DNA of 64,000 nt from a virus: the UHGV virus genome UHGV-1353844; one strand, 5' to 3'. This document shows positions 1 to 9,496 of this stretch, piece by piece. Position 1 is the first letter of the stretch. The number at the start of each line of letters is the position of its first letter. The notes beneath the pieces were generated by a model. That model worked only from the letters and a program-made list of their open reading frames with translations, made no database searches and was not told where the DNA came from. A program made the position numbers and the translations under genes.

Positions 1-64
1 ACTTCACATCTCTTCCCCTGATTCGGTACGTCACCATCTTGCTGATGATGTACGCTTAATTGCC

Positions 65-841
65 ATGATTCCTGGGGAATGGCCGAAAGTGCGTGGTCGT
101 CATATCGCTAATCGTGACAACTTTACGGTTGAGAATACGTTCAAAATTCGTGATATGGTTGGCGAAAGCATCGTTGTCTTTACCGGTGACAACTCACAAC
201 GCGGTAAACTTATCGACGGTAAATATTTCTTTAGCGACGGTGTGTTAAATAATACAGTTGACTTAGAACTTATGTTCACACCGTTTGAAGAACTCGATGC
301 TAAACCAATGGCCCGTCGTTGGTGGAGTCCAGACTACCTGGGTGCGTTCCCTAACTATTACGCGTTGGTTGAAAAAGATACCAAAGAGTATTTTGATACG
401 GAACCGTATATCGATATTGAAGGCTATCAAGAACTCGGAATTACGCATCTGGCCGACTTAATGGCGTACAGCTATAAGTTCGAATGGATTCGTGAACGTT
501 CGGTTTGGAAAGCCATCACTGACGAACACGTGATTACGAAACGCATTCGTAAACCGTGGATGCAGCATATGGTTCAGGTACGTTTTGGTCAGAGCCCAGC
601 TACCGAAGCGGACATTTCCAAACTCGTCAGCTTCTTGCTGTCGAAAGTTAAACTGACTGACGAAGAAGCCGAAGCAGTTAAGCCGATGCTTGACCGTGTT
701 GTGACCTTAGAAGACCTCAAACGGATGAATAGCCGCTACAACGAACTTAACCGTTTACTGGAAGCGTATAATTCGCCACTGATTTTAAAACCCGGTGTTA
801 ACTTCGACGAAGATCCTTTATTCGCCATCGATTATATTTAA
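65..841 (+). CDS. hypothetical protein; frame is open back to base 2, so possibly 5'-truncated by the window edge
   Basis: 258-aa ORF, no in-frame stop upstream of ATG at 65, no clear SD; first gene of plus-strand island. Confidence 0.6.
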   Translation: MIPGEWPKVRGRHIANRDNFTVENTFKIRDMVGESIVVFTGDNSQRGKLIDGKYFFSDGVLNNTVDLELMFTPFEELDAKPMARRWWSPDYLGAFPNYYALVEKDTKEYFDTEPYIDIEGYQELGITHLADLMAYSYKFEWIRERSVWKAITDEHVITKRIRKPWMQHMVQVRFGQSPATEADISKLVSFLLSKVKLTDEEAEAVKPMLDRVVTLEDLKRMNSRYNELNRLLEAYNSPLILKPGVNFDEDPLFAIDYI

Positions 842-861
842 AAATACTGGAGCAACCTGCA

Positions 862-1779
862 ATGATAGACAATGTGGAATCCAGGATCTCGACGAAGTTG
901 TACGATAAACCCACTATATTGTCCGTAGTTACGACGTCTAAGTGTAACCTAGACTGTAGTTTCTGCGGTGGAGCCTACTACATGAATCGTGAAGATTCGT
1001 CTCGTGCTTTTCAACGCGAACGTATCCTGGAATTACTACAAGAGAATCCAGCTATTAAGGAAATACATTGGACGGGTGGTGAACCGCTACTCGTCCAACG
1101 TAAGATTGAGGATTTCGTTAACGAACTGAAAGTGTCTCATCCGCACCTTGAGCATCACTTGTATACCAACGGCTTAAAACTGCGTAAATCGCATCTTACG
1201 CTGCTAAAAGACTTTGAGCATGTGTTTGTATCAATTGATGGCTACAAACGTTCTGAGCGCCCTTTTATGCGCTTTATTGAAGAGGATAGCCACGAAGCAC
1301 TGGAAGCGTTATACGAACTCGATAACTTCCAAACCTGGGCTGTGATTACGCGTGACCAGTTAGCCGATAAGCGCTGGTATGAAGATATTGTGGATTTACA
1401 TCGTGCGATGTACCACTATCGTCCCCGTGCGTTTTCTCTGATGTTTGATGCCCAAATGCCAAAACCGTTGTCTCCCGATCACATCATGAACTTCGTTTAT
1501 GGTTATTTAAAGATTCAGGAGAATATGGAACGGCTGAACGTCCAAACCGGAGAATCGTGCGGCGTGTCTGTCAGCAAGATTTTCGAAAACGAGTGTAATG
1601 TCTGTAGCGAAGAGTTGTATTTGAACGCAGATGGAACAGAACATCAGCTTCAGAATGCACCGGCTATCTTAAACGGTGGGTGCAATCAGCTTGCTTGCTC
1701 TATCGGGGTAGGTGCTTACGAGTACATTAAACGCGTGATTTATGCAGAGCGTAAAAGGATAAGCAAAGATGAGCAATAA
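862..1779 (+). CDS. radical SAM enzyme with C-terminal auxiliary Cys cluster
   Basis: CNLDCSFC (CX3CX2C) near N-terminus, GGEPLL SAM-binding motif, C-terminal Cys-rich region; SD tggag upstream. Confidence 0.75.
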   Translation: MIDNVESRISTKLYDKPTILSVVTTSKCNLDCSFCGGAYYMNREDSSRAFQRERILELLQENPAIKEIHWTGGEPLLVQRKIEDFVNELKVSHPHLEHHLYTNGLKLRKSHLTLLKDFEHVFVSIDGYKRSERPFMRFIEEDSHEALEALYELDNFQTWAVITRDQLADKRWYEDIVDLHRAMYHYRPRAFSLMFDAQMPKPLSPDHIMNFVYGYLKIQENMERLNVQTGESCGVSVSKIFENECNVCSEELYLNADGTEHQLQNAPAILNGGCNQLACSIGVGAYEYIKRVIYAERKRISKDEQ

Positions 1780-3103
1780 TGAAGCACCACGTTCACAACG
1801 TACTTACCAGGTGGTAACGAACCTGTCTTGTAACTTAGACTGTGAGTATTGTTACGAACGTAAGTATCCGCGTAATAACAAAGCGGCGGATATCGTGGAT
1901 TTCTTACACGCCTGTTTTGAGCGTGATAAAGATATTCCGAACATCGACGTCATTATTGATATCATCGGCGGCGAACCTTTTATGCAACCGAAACTGCTGT
2001 TAGCGGCGTTTGAAACCGCAGAACAGTTGTGTAAGGAGCATAATCGACCGTATATGTTCAGTATCTCCACGAACGGGACGTTGTTAGACCGTCCGTTAAA
2101 CCGTGAGATCGTCGAGCGTTGGAAAGACAAACTCTCCATCGGTGTGTCTATCGACGGGCTGCCAGAAGTCCATGACCGTTATCGTATCTTTACCACGACG
2201 CGTCAGGGTTCTTACGAAGCCGCTGTTCGTGGCTATAACTACTTAAAAGAAGTGGGTATTGCTGAACTGGGTATCAAGGCAACCTTTACAACCGAAACCC
2301 TCCCGCATTACGCGGCGAGTATGAAGTCGTTAATCGATATTGCGGGTGGTGGTACGATTTCGGGTAACGTGACGTACGAAGATATCCTTCCACGGAGCAT
2401 GGCAACGGATATTGCGTTGCAGATGATCGAGGTGATGGATTATTGGATTGAGAAAGGGCTGCACACCAATCCACGTAACGTGTTGTCCCACATCATTCCT
2501 GAAGGTCTGGATTTCCGTCAGATTTGGGACCCAGATTGGCGTGATAAACTGCTGTACGACGACACGCACCGTTATAACCCTGAACGTTTACGTCCGTTCT
2601 GTGGGACGTTGACGTTTATGACTTGTTTAGGTTTTGACCGTAAGGTGTATGGTTGTAACCGATTCATGTCAACGGTAACGTCACGCTCTGCGGTGTTTGA
2701 GTTAGTCGGTCGTGAGTTTGTTAGCTTAGACGGCGGGAAACTGCTGGAAGAGATTCAGACGCAATACACCAACTATCCTGAAACGTGCTTAGGTTGTCCG
2801 ATGAAACACGGTTGTGGGAGCTGTGCAGCTGCTTCCTACGAAAACGGTGAAGGGACACTGGAAGACCGTAAGGCGTACCACGCTGAACGACGTCAATGTG
2901 GTTGGACGACCGCAAAACTGATGGCGGCAGAATACTGGCGTCAACGTACAGGCACCGTCCACGCATCGTCACTGCACGATTCGTCTGTTTGTTACTGTCC
3001 GAAATGTACGCGTGAGCGTGAGCAAGCTAAACGTGCGTTAAATGCACAACCTACTGAGGCAAATAATGAAATCAATTCTGATCCACAATTTTACGAAGCG
3101 TAA
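1769..3103 (+). CDS. radical SAM enzyme with SPASM-type C-terminal domain
   Basis: CNLDCEYC motif, GGEPF motif, C-terminal CLGCPMKHGCGSCAAAS cluster; overlaps upstream gene by 11 nt. Confidence 0.75.
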   Translation: MSNNEAPRSQRTYQVVTNLSCNLDCEYCYERKYPRNNKAADIVDFLHACFERDKDIPNIDVIIDIIGGEPFMQPKLLLAAFETAEQLCKEHNRPYMFSISTNGTLLDRPLNREIVERWKDKLSIGVSIDGLPEVHDRYRIFTTTRQGSYEAAVRGYNYLKEVGIAELGIKATFTTETLPHYAASMKSLIDIAGGGTISGNVTYEDILPRSMATDIALQMIEVMDYWIEKGLHTNPRNVLSHIIPEGLDFRQIWDPDWRDKLLYDDTHRYNPERLRPFCGTLTFMTCLGFDRKVYGCNRFMSTVTSRSAVFELVGREFVSLDGGKLLEEIQTQYTNYPETCLGCPMKHGCGSCAAASYENGEGTLEDRKAYHAERRQCGWTTAKLMAAEYWRQRTGTVHASSLHDSSVCYCPKCTREREQAKRALNAQPTEANNEINSDPQFYEA

Positions 3104-3632
3104 ACTCCACCTGGTTGAGCGTTTTCTGCGCAAACACAAACTCTATAACGTTCACGCCATTATCCCTGGTGAAGACTTTACAGATGAGATTAAACCTCTG
3201 TTGATTAAGTACGGGCTAAACGTGATGATTCCCGTTTACTGTACAGAGACAGGCCATGAGTCCGTTGTGGAAATCGAAAAACGTAATCCGGGTTTCGAAC
3301 AACGCGTACTGGATTACCCACGCCACAAGATCGAATTGCTTCGTTATTCTGCGGAGAATCCGAGTAGCGCATCTATTGCTGCATTAGCGGTGTCTTTCCC
3401 GCGTCTGCCAATCCGTTGCTTGCGTTCTACGTCTATCTACGATGCTTATTACGTAGAGCATCAGACGTTCAACGAAAATGTGTTACCACAGTTAACGGAT
3501 GAAGAACGCGACATTGCAAACGTGGTGTGGTCAAACGATCTCTCTGAAACCTTCCAGTTGGTTGATTTTGGCTTGCTGCAAGAATTAGGTATGGTTGGAG
3601 AAGAAGAATGTCTGCTTCTAACAAAAGCTTAA
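3042..3632 (+). CDS. hypothetical protein, radical SAM island partner; likely true start ATG at 3066 with SD gagg
   Basis: ORF with coding codon bias; overlaps neighbours. Confidence 0.6.
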   Translation: MHNLLRQIMKSILIHNFTKRKLHLVERFLRKHKLYNVHAIIPGEDFTDEIKPLLIKYGLNVMIPVYCTETGHESVVEIEKRNPGFEQRVLDYPRHKIELLRYSAENPSSASIAALAVSFPRLPIRCLRSTSIYDAYYVEHQTFNENVLPQLTDEERDIANVVWSNDLSETFQLVDFGLLQELGMVGEEECLLLTKA

Positions 3633-4282
3633 CGAAAGAAGAGATTCGGGCGCGTTATTTCGCGCACGATCTGCCAATTGACCGCCACGGTAACTACATG
3701 GAACGTGTAGGTAACGAAGACCGTGGTCGTACGGGGTTCTGTGCATTACTGCACTATAAGTTGATTGAAGGGATGAGTGATGAAGAAGCTTTAGCTCAGA
3801 TGCAAACTTACGAAATGTCTCCTATTGAGGCGAAGTTTACACTGAACAAAGCAAAAGAATTCATTACTGACGTTCTGGAGATTAACCTGGACGAGATTCG
3901 TTCGAATATGCGCTCGACGTCTCGCTATATCTATTTAGATATCCAGAAAATCATGTTGGAAATTGAACACCGATACGAAGACCAGCGTCACGGTTATATC
4001 GAAGTTGACGGCCATCATTTCCAAGCGGATGAAACCTCTCGTCAGATGCTGGGTCAATATATCCAGTCTGAAACTGCACCGGATTATTGGCTGGACACGT
4101 CGAATACACGTATAGAACCGTTTACGCTGGAGCAATGTAAAGCGTTAATGGCGGCTATTGTGAAACGTGACCAACAGCTACACAACGCGATGTCTGCCCA
4201 GAAAAGTGAAATTCGTCAGTACGCCGAACAGCGTGACTACGACACGATCCGTGCACTTGCGCTGGAAATGGGATTAGAATAA
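3608..4282 (+). CDS. hypothetical protein, radical SAM island partner
   Basis: 224-aa ORF, SD ggag, followed by strong bidirectional terminator. Confidence 0.65.
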   Translation: MSASNKSLTKEEIRARYFAHDLPIDRHGNYMERVGNEDRGRTGFCALLHYKLIEGMSDEEALAQMQTYEMSPIEAKFTLNKAKEFITDVLEINLDEIRSNMRSTSRYIYLDIQKIMLEIEHRYEDQRHGYIEVDGHHFQADETSRQMLGQYIQSETAPDYWLDTSNTRIEPFTLEQCKALMAAIVKRDQQLHNAMSAQKSEIRQYAEQRDYDTIRALALEMGLE

Positions 4283-4332
4283 AAAATACCTACCTCCGTA
4301 AAGGAGGTAGGTAAACTTATTATTTTTTGTTA
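4280..4332. terminator. bidirectional rho-independent terminator between convergent genes
   Basis: hairpin tacctacctcc-gtaa-aggaggtaggta flanked by A-run and T-run. Confidence 0.7.
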
Positions 4333-4350
4333 TAGTAGTTGACTTAGCGG

Positions 4351-4881
4351 TTAAGCAGTAAAACCGTCCAATTCACCGTCGGTGGTGGCCAGGTCAATAC
4401 GATTATCGACTACCTTCGGTGTAATTACGAAAGTTGCCATTACACCCGGTTTATAACGGAGGTTCTGTTCAGTAACGGTGCATGTCACGGTACGCAGAGT
4501 GACGTTTTCATGTTCGTCTTTCTGGTCTTCGGTGCTGTACACAACGTCACCTGGCGCGATAGCGTCGTCAGGTTTTACTTTGTTGATGTATAGCTGTAAC
4601 CAAGCGCGGAGTTCATTTTCTTGAACCCAACGAGACAGATCGTCAGTTAGTTCAATCCGTCCTACAACACCCGGCTCCAGACGATCGTAATGCAGTTCGA
4701 TTTCGCCTTTGAAATTCTCAGAACCCGGTAGTGCGGTCATGGTAACTTTGGTATTCTTACTTTCGCCTTCCAGCGCAGTAGGGAGACCAAAGGACACTTC
4801 TTTATCTGTAATCTGATGCGGTAGCTCAGCGTTAGCAGCATTATAAAGCGCGACCAACATCATCTGGTTAGTAGCGGCCAT
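4351..4881 (-). CDS. paralog-family protein (HY.RL / ELDGFTA motifs), likely abundant virion protein
   Basis: 176-aa ORF with strong optimal codon bias; paralog of 4951-5487. Confidence 0.6.
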   Translation of the reverse strand: MAATNQMMLVALYNAANAELPHQITDKEVSFGLPTALEGESKNTKVTMTALPGSENFKGEIELHYDRLEPGVVGRIELTDDLSRWVQENELRAWLQLYINKVKPDDAIAPGDVVYSTEDQKDEHENVTLRTVTCTVTEQNLRYKPGVMATFVITPKVVDNRIDLATTDGELDGFTA

Positions 4882-4905
4882 TATCTTAGGTCCTTAATAG
4901 AACAA

Positions 4906-4930
4906 GTTAGAGAAATATCGGGGGAGGTCA
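4906..4930 (-). terminator. GC-rich hairpin with C8 homopolymer between paralog genes
   Basis: atcggggg...cccccccgat inverted repeat. Confidence 0.4.
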
Positions 4931-4950
4931 CCCCCCCCGATTTAACTTAC

Positions 4951-5487
4951 TTAGCCACCGACACCCGGTGCAGTGAAGCCATCAAGTTCACCTTCCAGAC
5001 CGCTCAGCGCTACCTTCTCAGGAGCTGGGTTGGAATAAGTGAAGGTGGCAATAGTACCAGCCAGGAATTTAATGTGTGCATCGTTTACTTTGACAGTGTA
5101 AACTTTAGCACCACTATCCCCGTCAGTTTTCTCAATGGTCAGTTCGCTTTCAGCGAAATAGTCATCGACATAACCTTTAGTAACCATTTCTTCGTTCAGT
5201 TTGGTTACAATGGCAGAGTTTTCCAGATCGAGGCTACCGGCTTTTTCGTAAGCTTTGGCACCGATCAGGTCTTGAGAAGCCAGACGAATGTAGTGGAATT
5301 CTTTCTCGCCTTTGAAGTTCTGGCTTTCTGCCTTGGCGGTCAGCGTAATTTTGGTGTTACGACCACCGGTACCGCTGTGCGCTTCGACAGCACCAAAATC
5401 GACATCATCAACCGTCAGATTAGAAGCGGTTCCTGGGTTTTTAGCAATTACAGCTTCGACGAACTGCAGTTTGAAGGTTTTAGCCAT
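4951..5487 (-). CDS. paralog-family protein (HY.RL / ELDGFTAPGVGG C-terminus), likely abundant virion protein
   Basis: 178-aa ORF, strong codon bias, SD gaggt; antisense ORFs 5074-5509 are shadows. Confidence 0.6.
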   Translation of the reverse strand: MAKTFKLQFVEAVIAKNPGTASNLTVDDVDFGAVEAHSGTGGRNTKITLTAKAESQNFKGEKEFHYIRLASQDLIGAKAYEKAGSLDLENSAIVTKLNEEMVTKGYVDDYFAESELTIEKTDGDSGAKVYTVKVNDAHIKFLAGTIATFTYSNPAPEKVALSGLEGELDGFTAPGVGG

Positions 5488-5625
5488 CTTTTTACCTCGT
5501 AAGTGGTAGGGGTGGATTGCATAAGAATGTTATTTTAGACATTTCCTAAAATATAGATATGACGGTTGGCAGTAGGCGCTAACCTGAAAAAATTAATTTT
5601 TCTTAATTTTAATAAGGGTGAGATT

Positions 5626-6105
5626 ATGCTAAAACGCATTCTCGTGGTCGTTGCTTTTGTAATGACATTGGCAAGTTGTGCTATTCAGCCGAACGCAGAA
5701 GGTCAGTTCTCCACCGTACCTGTTGACCAACACGATATGGTCATTTACACCTGTACAGCTGCTTCTCAAGAATTCGACGATTTTAAACCGGTACCGTCTA
5801 GCCTAAAACTGATGCCCCTTTCGGTGTTAGTCATGGATACAGGGGCGAATTGGGTCGCTACATGGGACGAAGGTAAAATTGAATCTCCGCAACTTTATAA
5901 AGACCTGTTAGGCAAGGTGGACGGTAACTTAAACGTTGTTACCGGTGAGCGCTATTACCGTGTAAACGGGTTACTGTCGAAAACCCCAACGTTTGCGTAT
6001 TCTACCGTCAACTACAAAACGGGTGAAGGTAAAGGTGTAACGTTCTTCAGATGTCACGAAGGCAGCATTCCGGATACCGGCACTATGTTGCACCCGGTAG
6101 AATAA
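5626..6105 (+). CDS. lipoprotein (signal peptide plus lipobox LASC); moron-like opposite-strand gene
   Basis: MLKRILVVVAFVMTLASC N-terminus; ATG at 5626 with SD; the ORF-track start at 5566 is a TTG extension. Confidence 0.65.
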   Translation: MLKRILVVVAFVMTLASCAIQPNAEGQFSTVPVDQHDMVIYTCTAASQEFDDFKPVPSSLKLMPLSVLVMDTGANWVATWDEGKIESPQLYKDLLGKVDGNLNVVTGERYYRVNGLLSKTPTFAYSTVNYKTGEGKGVTFFRCHEGSIPDTGTMLHPVE

Positions 6106-6109
6106 TAAA

Positions 6110-6145
6110 TACCCTCCTGCTTAGCAGGAGGGTAGGCTTATTTTG
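6110..6145 (+). terminator. rho-independent terminator of lipoprotein gene
   Basis: ccctcctgc-ttag-caggaggg hairpin followed by ttatttt. Confidence 0.7.
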
Positions 6146-6225
6146 TCCGTAAAACGCTCTAGAATGCGTTCTAAGACAGTTTATACAAAATAATGTACAA
6201 TCACCCTAAGTTAAGGATTATGCGC

Positions 6226-6741
6226 TTAGATTTTAACTAAGGCGCTCCAATCGATAGGGCTTTGTTTCACGACTTTCACAGTACCGCGATTCGGTGACCA
6301 GAACGTGATATTCGGTTGGTTACGAACGTCGATATGTAACCAACTGATGTCGCATTCGATAAAGTGAATGAACGGAAATTCGTCAGGATTAGCGGCGATA
6401 TAGTCGTGGACTTGTTTTACCGTTGAGTCTAACAGTGTTGCGTCAAATGCATTACCGAACTTGTGCTGACTCCCTGAATCAGAGTAGAGTTGTAACGCAC
6501 GTTGTTTATAGTTACCACCCTTAGGCTTTTCTTGGTTGATGAAAAAGTCTAAGGTTCTTAGGCCACGCTGTTGCGCAGCAGACGAGTTAATCACCATTCT
6601 GCCGAAACGGTTACGAATCTGTTGTAGCGAAATCATTAACAACGGGTTCATAAACCGAATTGCAGAATCACCGTATTTGGCGATGTACGATTGTGGTACT
6701 AACTCTTTGAGTTTAAAGTTACTCGGATTTGGATGAAACAT
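6226..6741 (-). CDS. zinc peptidase M15-like (D-Ala-D-Ala carboxypeptidase / L-Ala-D-Glu peptidase fold), cell-wall hydrolase
   Basis: SQHKFGNAFDA (SxHxxGxAxD) and HIDVR motifs. Confidence 0.55.
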   Translation of the reverse strand: MFHPNPSNFKLKELVPQSYIAKYGDSAIRFMNPLLMISLQQIRNRFGRMVINSSAAQQRGLRTLDFFINQEKPKGGNYKQRALQLYSDSGSQHKFGNAFDATLLDSTVKQVHDYIAANPDEFPFIHFIECDISWLHIDVRNQPNITFWSPNRGTVKVVKQSPIDWSALVKI

Positions 6742-7393
6742 CTTCCCTCCCAGACAGAAAAGCCCGTTTGATGTTCAAGTATTTGACATTAACGGGACAA
6801 CCTGTGGTGATATCAACACGTTCGTGGTCAGGAATAGCAGGCTCCTTAAACTCACGAACGAACAAATAGTTTCGATTGTAATCTAACGTACGGTAATCGT
6901 TAGTGGTATAAGACGGCTTCGCGTTAGGGTCTACGTAAGCATCCCAACCGAACCCCGCCACGGCTTTATAAAATGTTTGGCAGATATACGGCGAGATTTC
7001 CAACGACTGCATAATACGCAGGAATGTTAAGTCAGAGAACTCTTTATCGATAATACGCGAAACGTTACCACCCGGTGTCATGGGATAGCTACGCTCCGTG
7101 TTACATTTTTGATAGAGTAAGTCGTGAATGCAGGCCGCAGGTGCCCACGGTCCGTCAGGATGGAAAATTCCCTGTAAGTGTTCAGGAATTGACGCTAAAT
7201 CGGTAACGAACCCTTTCGGAGCGGTTAACCACAGTTGCGTGTCAGGTAATACACCGGTTAAATAAACCGCACGGTCTAAGTGTACGTGGTCGTGATAAAT
7301 CTCACGTAACGTAAACGGATAATGGTAATCCTCCGTTAATACAAACCACTTATTATCTAAACGTTTATATTGAAGCTTTTCCATTACCCACAC
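6719..7393 (-). CDS. DUF1353-like protein
   Basis: TDLASIPE and HDLLY motifs typical of DUF1353. Confidence 0.45.
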   Translation of the reverse strand: MWVMEKLQYKRLDNKWFVLTEDYHYPFTLREIYHDHVHLDRAVYLTGVLPDTQLWLTAPKGFVTDLASIPEHLQGIFHPDGPWAPAACIHDLLYQKCNTERSYPMTPGGNVSRIIDKEFSDLTFLRIMQSLEISPYICQTFYKAVAGFGWDAYVDPNAKPSYTTNDYRTLDYNRNYLFVREFKEPAIPDHERVDITTGCPVNVKYLNIKRAFLSGREDVSSKSE

Positions 7394-7500
7394 CTTTCCT
7401 TACAAAAACCAGAAGAACTCTTGTCCACGTTTTTCGTCTTTACGTTTCCGTCCAGACGTTAACGCTTTCCACAATAACGCTAAGAGTTTAGCAAACCAGT

Positions 7501-8091
7501 TCATTTTACTAACCCCGCTTTTACCGCATAATCTGCCATTTCTCTGAAGACGCGGCCGTACCAACCGTAGGTGTATTTCTCGTTTCTCTTACGTTTTTCG
7601 GAGATTTCCGTGTAGTAAGTTACTTGGTGCGAGATTAACGCAAAGATTAAAATGCTTAGCCCTTCATCTTTACGATATTTCAGGTACGCGTTCAACGCGC
7701 CCAGCGTTTTAGGCCCCATACCGCCGTCGGTATCGATGTCCGCGTAGAGTTTACCTTCGTTGTTCAACACGTTGAGAATACGCTGTAGCGATTTCACGCA
7801 GTTGGCACGACCTGCGTTAATACCAAAATCAAACATCCGGTCCGCGAGTAACGGTGAGATAGCGAAAATCTCATCAAGTTTGAGCTTCTTCCACCAACCG
7901 CGATCGTAGATATCGAATGCTTGTGCACGGGTAAGGTCTTTCATCTTCCCTGTGTAACCGTACTCACGTGCAGTCGTTACCGTGATACCGTGGTTCGTTT
8001 CTGCACCTAAGTCGTCAGGGTCGTTGACGTACCCGCCTTCCAAATCGGTTTTGGATTCAATGATACCTTCTTTAGACCAACGTTCAGCCAT
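7501..8091 (-). CDS. GH108-like lysozyme with C-terminal PG_binding_3-like domain (endolysin candidate)
   Basis: EGGYVNDPDDLGAETNHGIT N-terminal motif; C-terminal peptidoglycan-binding-like region. Confidence 0.55.
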   Translation of the reverse strand: MAERWSKEGIIESKTDLEGGYVNDPDDLGAETNHGITVTTAREYGYTGKMKDLTRAQAFDIYDRGWWKKLKLDEIFAISPLLADRMFDFGINAGRANCVKSLQRILNVLNNEGKLYADIDTDGGMGPKTLGALNAYLKYRKDEGLSILIFALISHQVTYYTEISEKRKRNEKYTYGWYGRVFREMADYAVKAGLVK

Positions 8092-8111
8092 TTTCGTTTA
8101 ACTCCTCTTTT

Positions 8112-8152
8112 ACACAAAAAAGAAAAGAGGGTGGGGATTACCCCCACCCTGT
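8112..8152 (-). terminator. rho-independent terminator
   Basis: agggtgggg-atta-ccccaccct hairpin with A-run on plus strand (T-run on minus). Confidence 0.65.
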
Positions 8153-8154
8153 AA

Positions 8155-8634
8155 TTATTTTTTCTTCTTAGCGCGTGATGGCTTAGCTGGCGGTGTTTCA
8201 ACAGCCGGTTTACGTGCAACACGCACCGTAAAACCGCCGACCCAAGTCAGACACTCAGGACGGAAGAAAATACCGTGTTCGATTGCGCTACCGTCCAACG
8301 GTAACTCACCAACCTGTTCTACCCACACGTCGTCTTCTGTAAGGGTTAGGCTGTACTGCTCGTTAATGACGGGCAGTAAGTCAGCGGTAGTCGTTGCAGA
8401 TTCTACCAACAGTTTCGGTAATACGTTCAGGAAATACAAACCTGCGTCAATGCGGTTATACTGGAACGTTTGTTCGTTAGTGTAACCGAGATTCTTAATT
8501 GACGCAACTGTGATTTCGGTATTGTAAGTACCGGTGGTCACAACCGGATCGCCCAGCGTGACTTTGGTGGTGTCGAACTCAGCGTCCGGGTTAGCCTTTT
8601 TAATAAGGTCGAAGATAGTTTCTTGATTGGTCAT
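8155..8634 (-). CDS. paralog-family protein (YNRID motif), basic C-terminal tail
   Basis: 159-aa ORF; shares Y.R[IL]...DLL..IN..Y.L motif with 8648, 16961, 26897. Confidence 0.6.
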   Translation of the reverse strand: MTNQETIFDLIKKANPDAEFDTTKVTLGDPVVTTGTYNTEITVASIKNLGYTNEQTFQYNRIDAGLYFLNVLPKLLVESATTTADLLPVINEQYSLTLTEDDVWVEQVGELPLDGSAIEHGIFFRPECLTWVGGFTVRVARKPAVETPPAKPSRAKKKK

Positions 8635-8647
8635 TACTGTAATCCTC

Positions 8648-9496
8648 TTAATCTAAGAATCCCGGTAAGACCGGATTAGTCTGTGCTAATTCAATCTTCG
8701 ACTTCGGACGATCGGTACCGTTAAAGTGAATTAACAGGTTACCGGTCAGGTTAGAACACAGCGGGCTGAGCGTTAGCACCAACACACGAGTGAACTTCGT
8801 ATTTGCGCCTTCGTAACCTGCGGTTGGACCATCGTAAATAACTTTAGCACCGTACAGGTTGTTAGCCGCGTTCTTAGGTACACTTACCCATTTCTCATCA
8901 ACGACGCCATCCAGTTTAGAGGCTAACTCTACCAAGTCTACGGTGTCGTTGATAGTAATCGGGTCAAGGTAATCTTTTTCTGCGGTGAAATCAATCGGGT
9001 GTGAATAAACCGCAGCGTTACCTTTCTTAGTGGACGGATACTCTACCAGATTCTCTAATTGAGTAACTGGTAAAAGTTCAGTCAGGTCAATAGGATCATG
9101 CAGCGTAAGCGTTACTACACCGCACCACTCGTAAGATTTCTCGTTAGCGGTAAGCTGATGGGTTTCGCCTTCAACTTTTGCGTCAACGATATCCGAGGGT
9201 AAAATATTTAGGCTGTATTTTGCGTTGATCGCATTAAGCAAATCTGATGCGGTTACCACACTGTCGTTACCGAATACCAACTCACCGGTTAAGTAGTCAG
9301 GTAAATTACGACGGTGGTAAGTCACTGTTAAAGTAGTAGACTCATCGCCTTTGAGTTTAGAGGTCAGAACCACCTGGGTATCAACCCCAGTACCGGTAGG
9401 TTCTCCGATATCAACATCACTGAAAGTCAACGGTGGACTAATATTGTTTTCAGTGTTGATGAGTTTTAGCAGTTTCTGTTTTGACGTAAGAGACAT
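8648..9496 (-). CDS. paralog-family protein (structural candidate)
   Basis: 282-aa ORF; motif similarity to 8155-8634. Confidence 0.6.
   Translation of the reverse strand: MSLTSKQKLLKLINTENNISPPLTFSDVDIGEPTGTGVDTQVVLTSKLKGDESTTLTVTYHRRNLPDYLTGELVFGNDSVVTASDLLNAINAKYSLNILPSDIVDAKVEGETHQLTANEKSYEWCGVVTLTLHDPIDLTELLPVTQLENLVEYPSTKKGNAAVYSHPIDFTAEKDYLDPITINDTVDLVELASKLDGVVDEKWVSVPKNAANNLYGAKVIYDGPTAGYEGANTKFTRVLVLTLSPLCSNLTGNLLIHFNGTDRPKSKIELAQTNPVLPGFLD

Noticed and set aside
5074-5509. Plus-strand ORFs of 142 and 65 aa
   Set aside because: Antisense of the codon-biased paralog gene 4951-5487
5566-5625. Upstream TTG extension of the lipoprotein ORF
   Set aside because: ATG at 5626 has an SD and yields a canonical signal peptide; the extension would bury it
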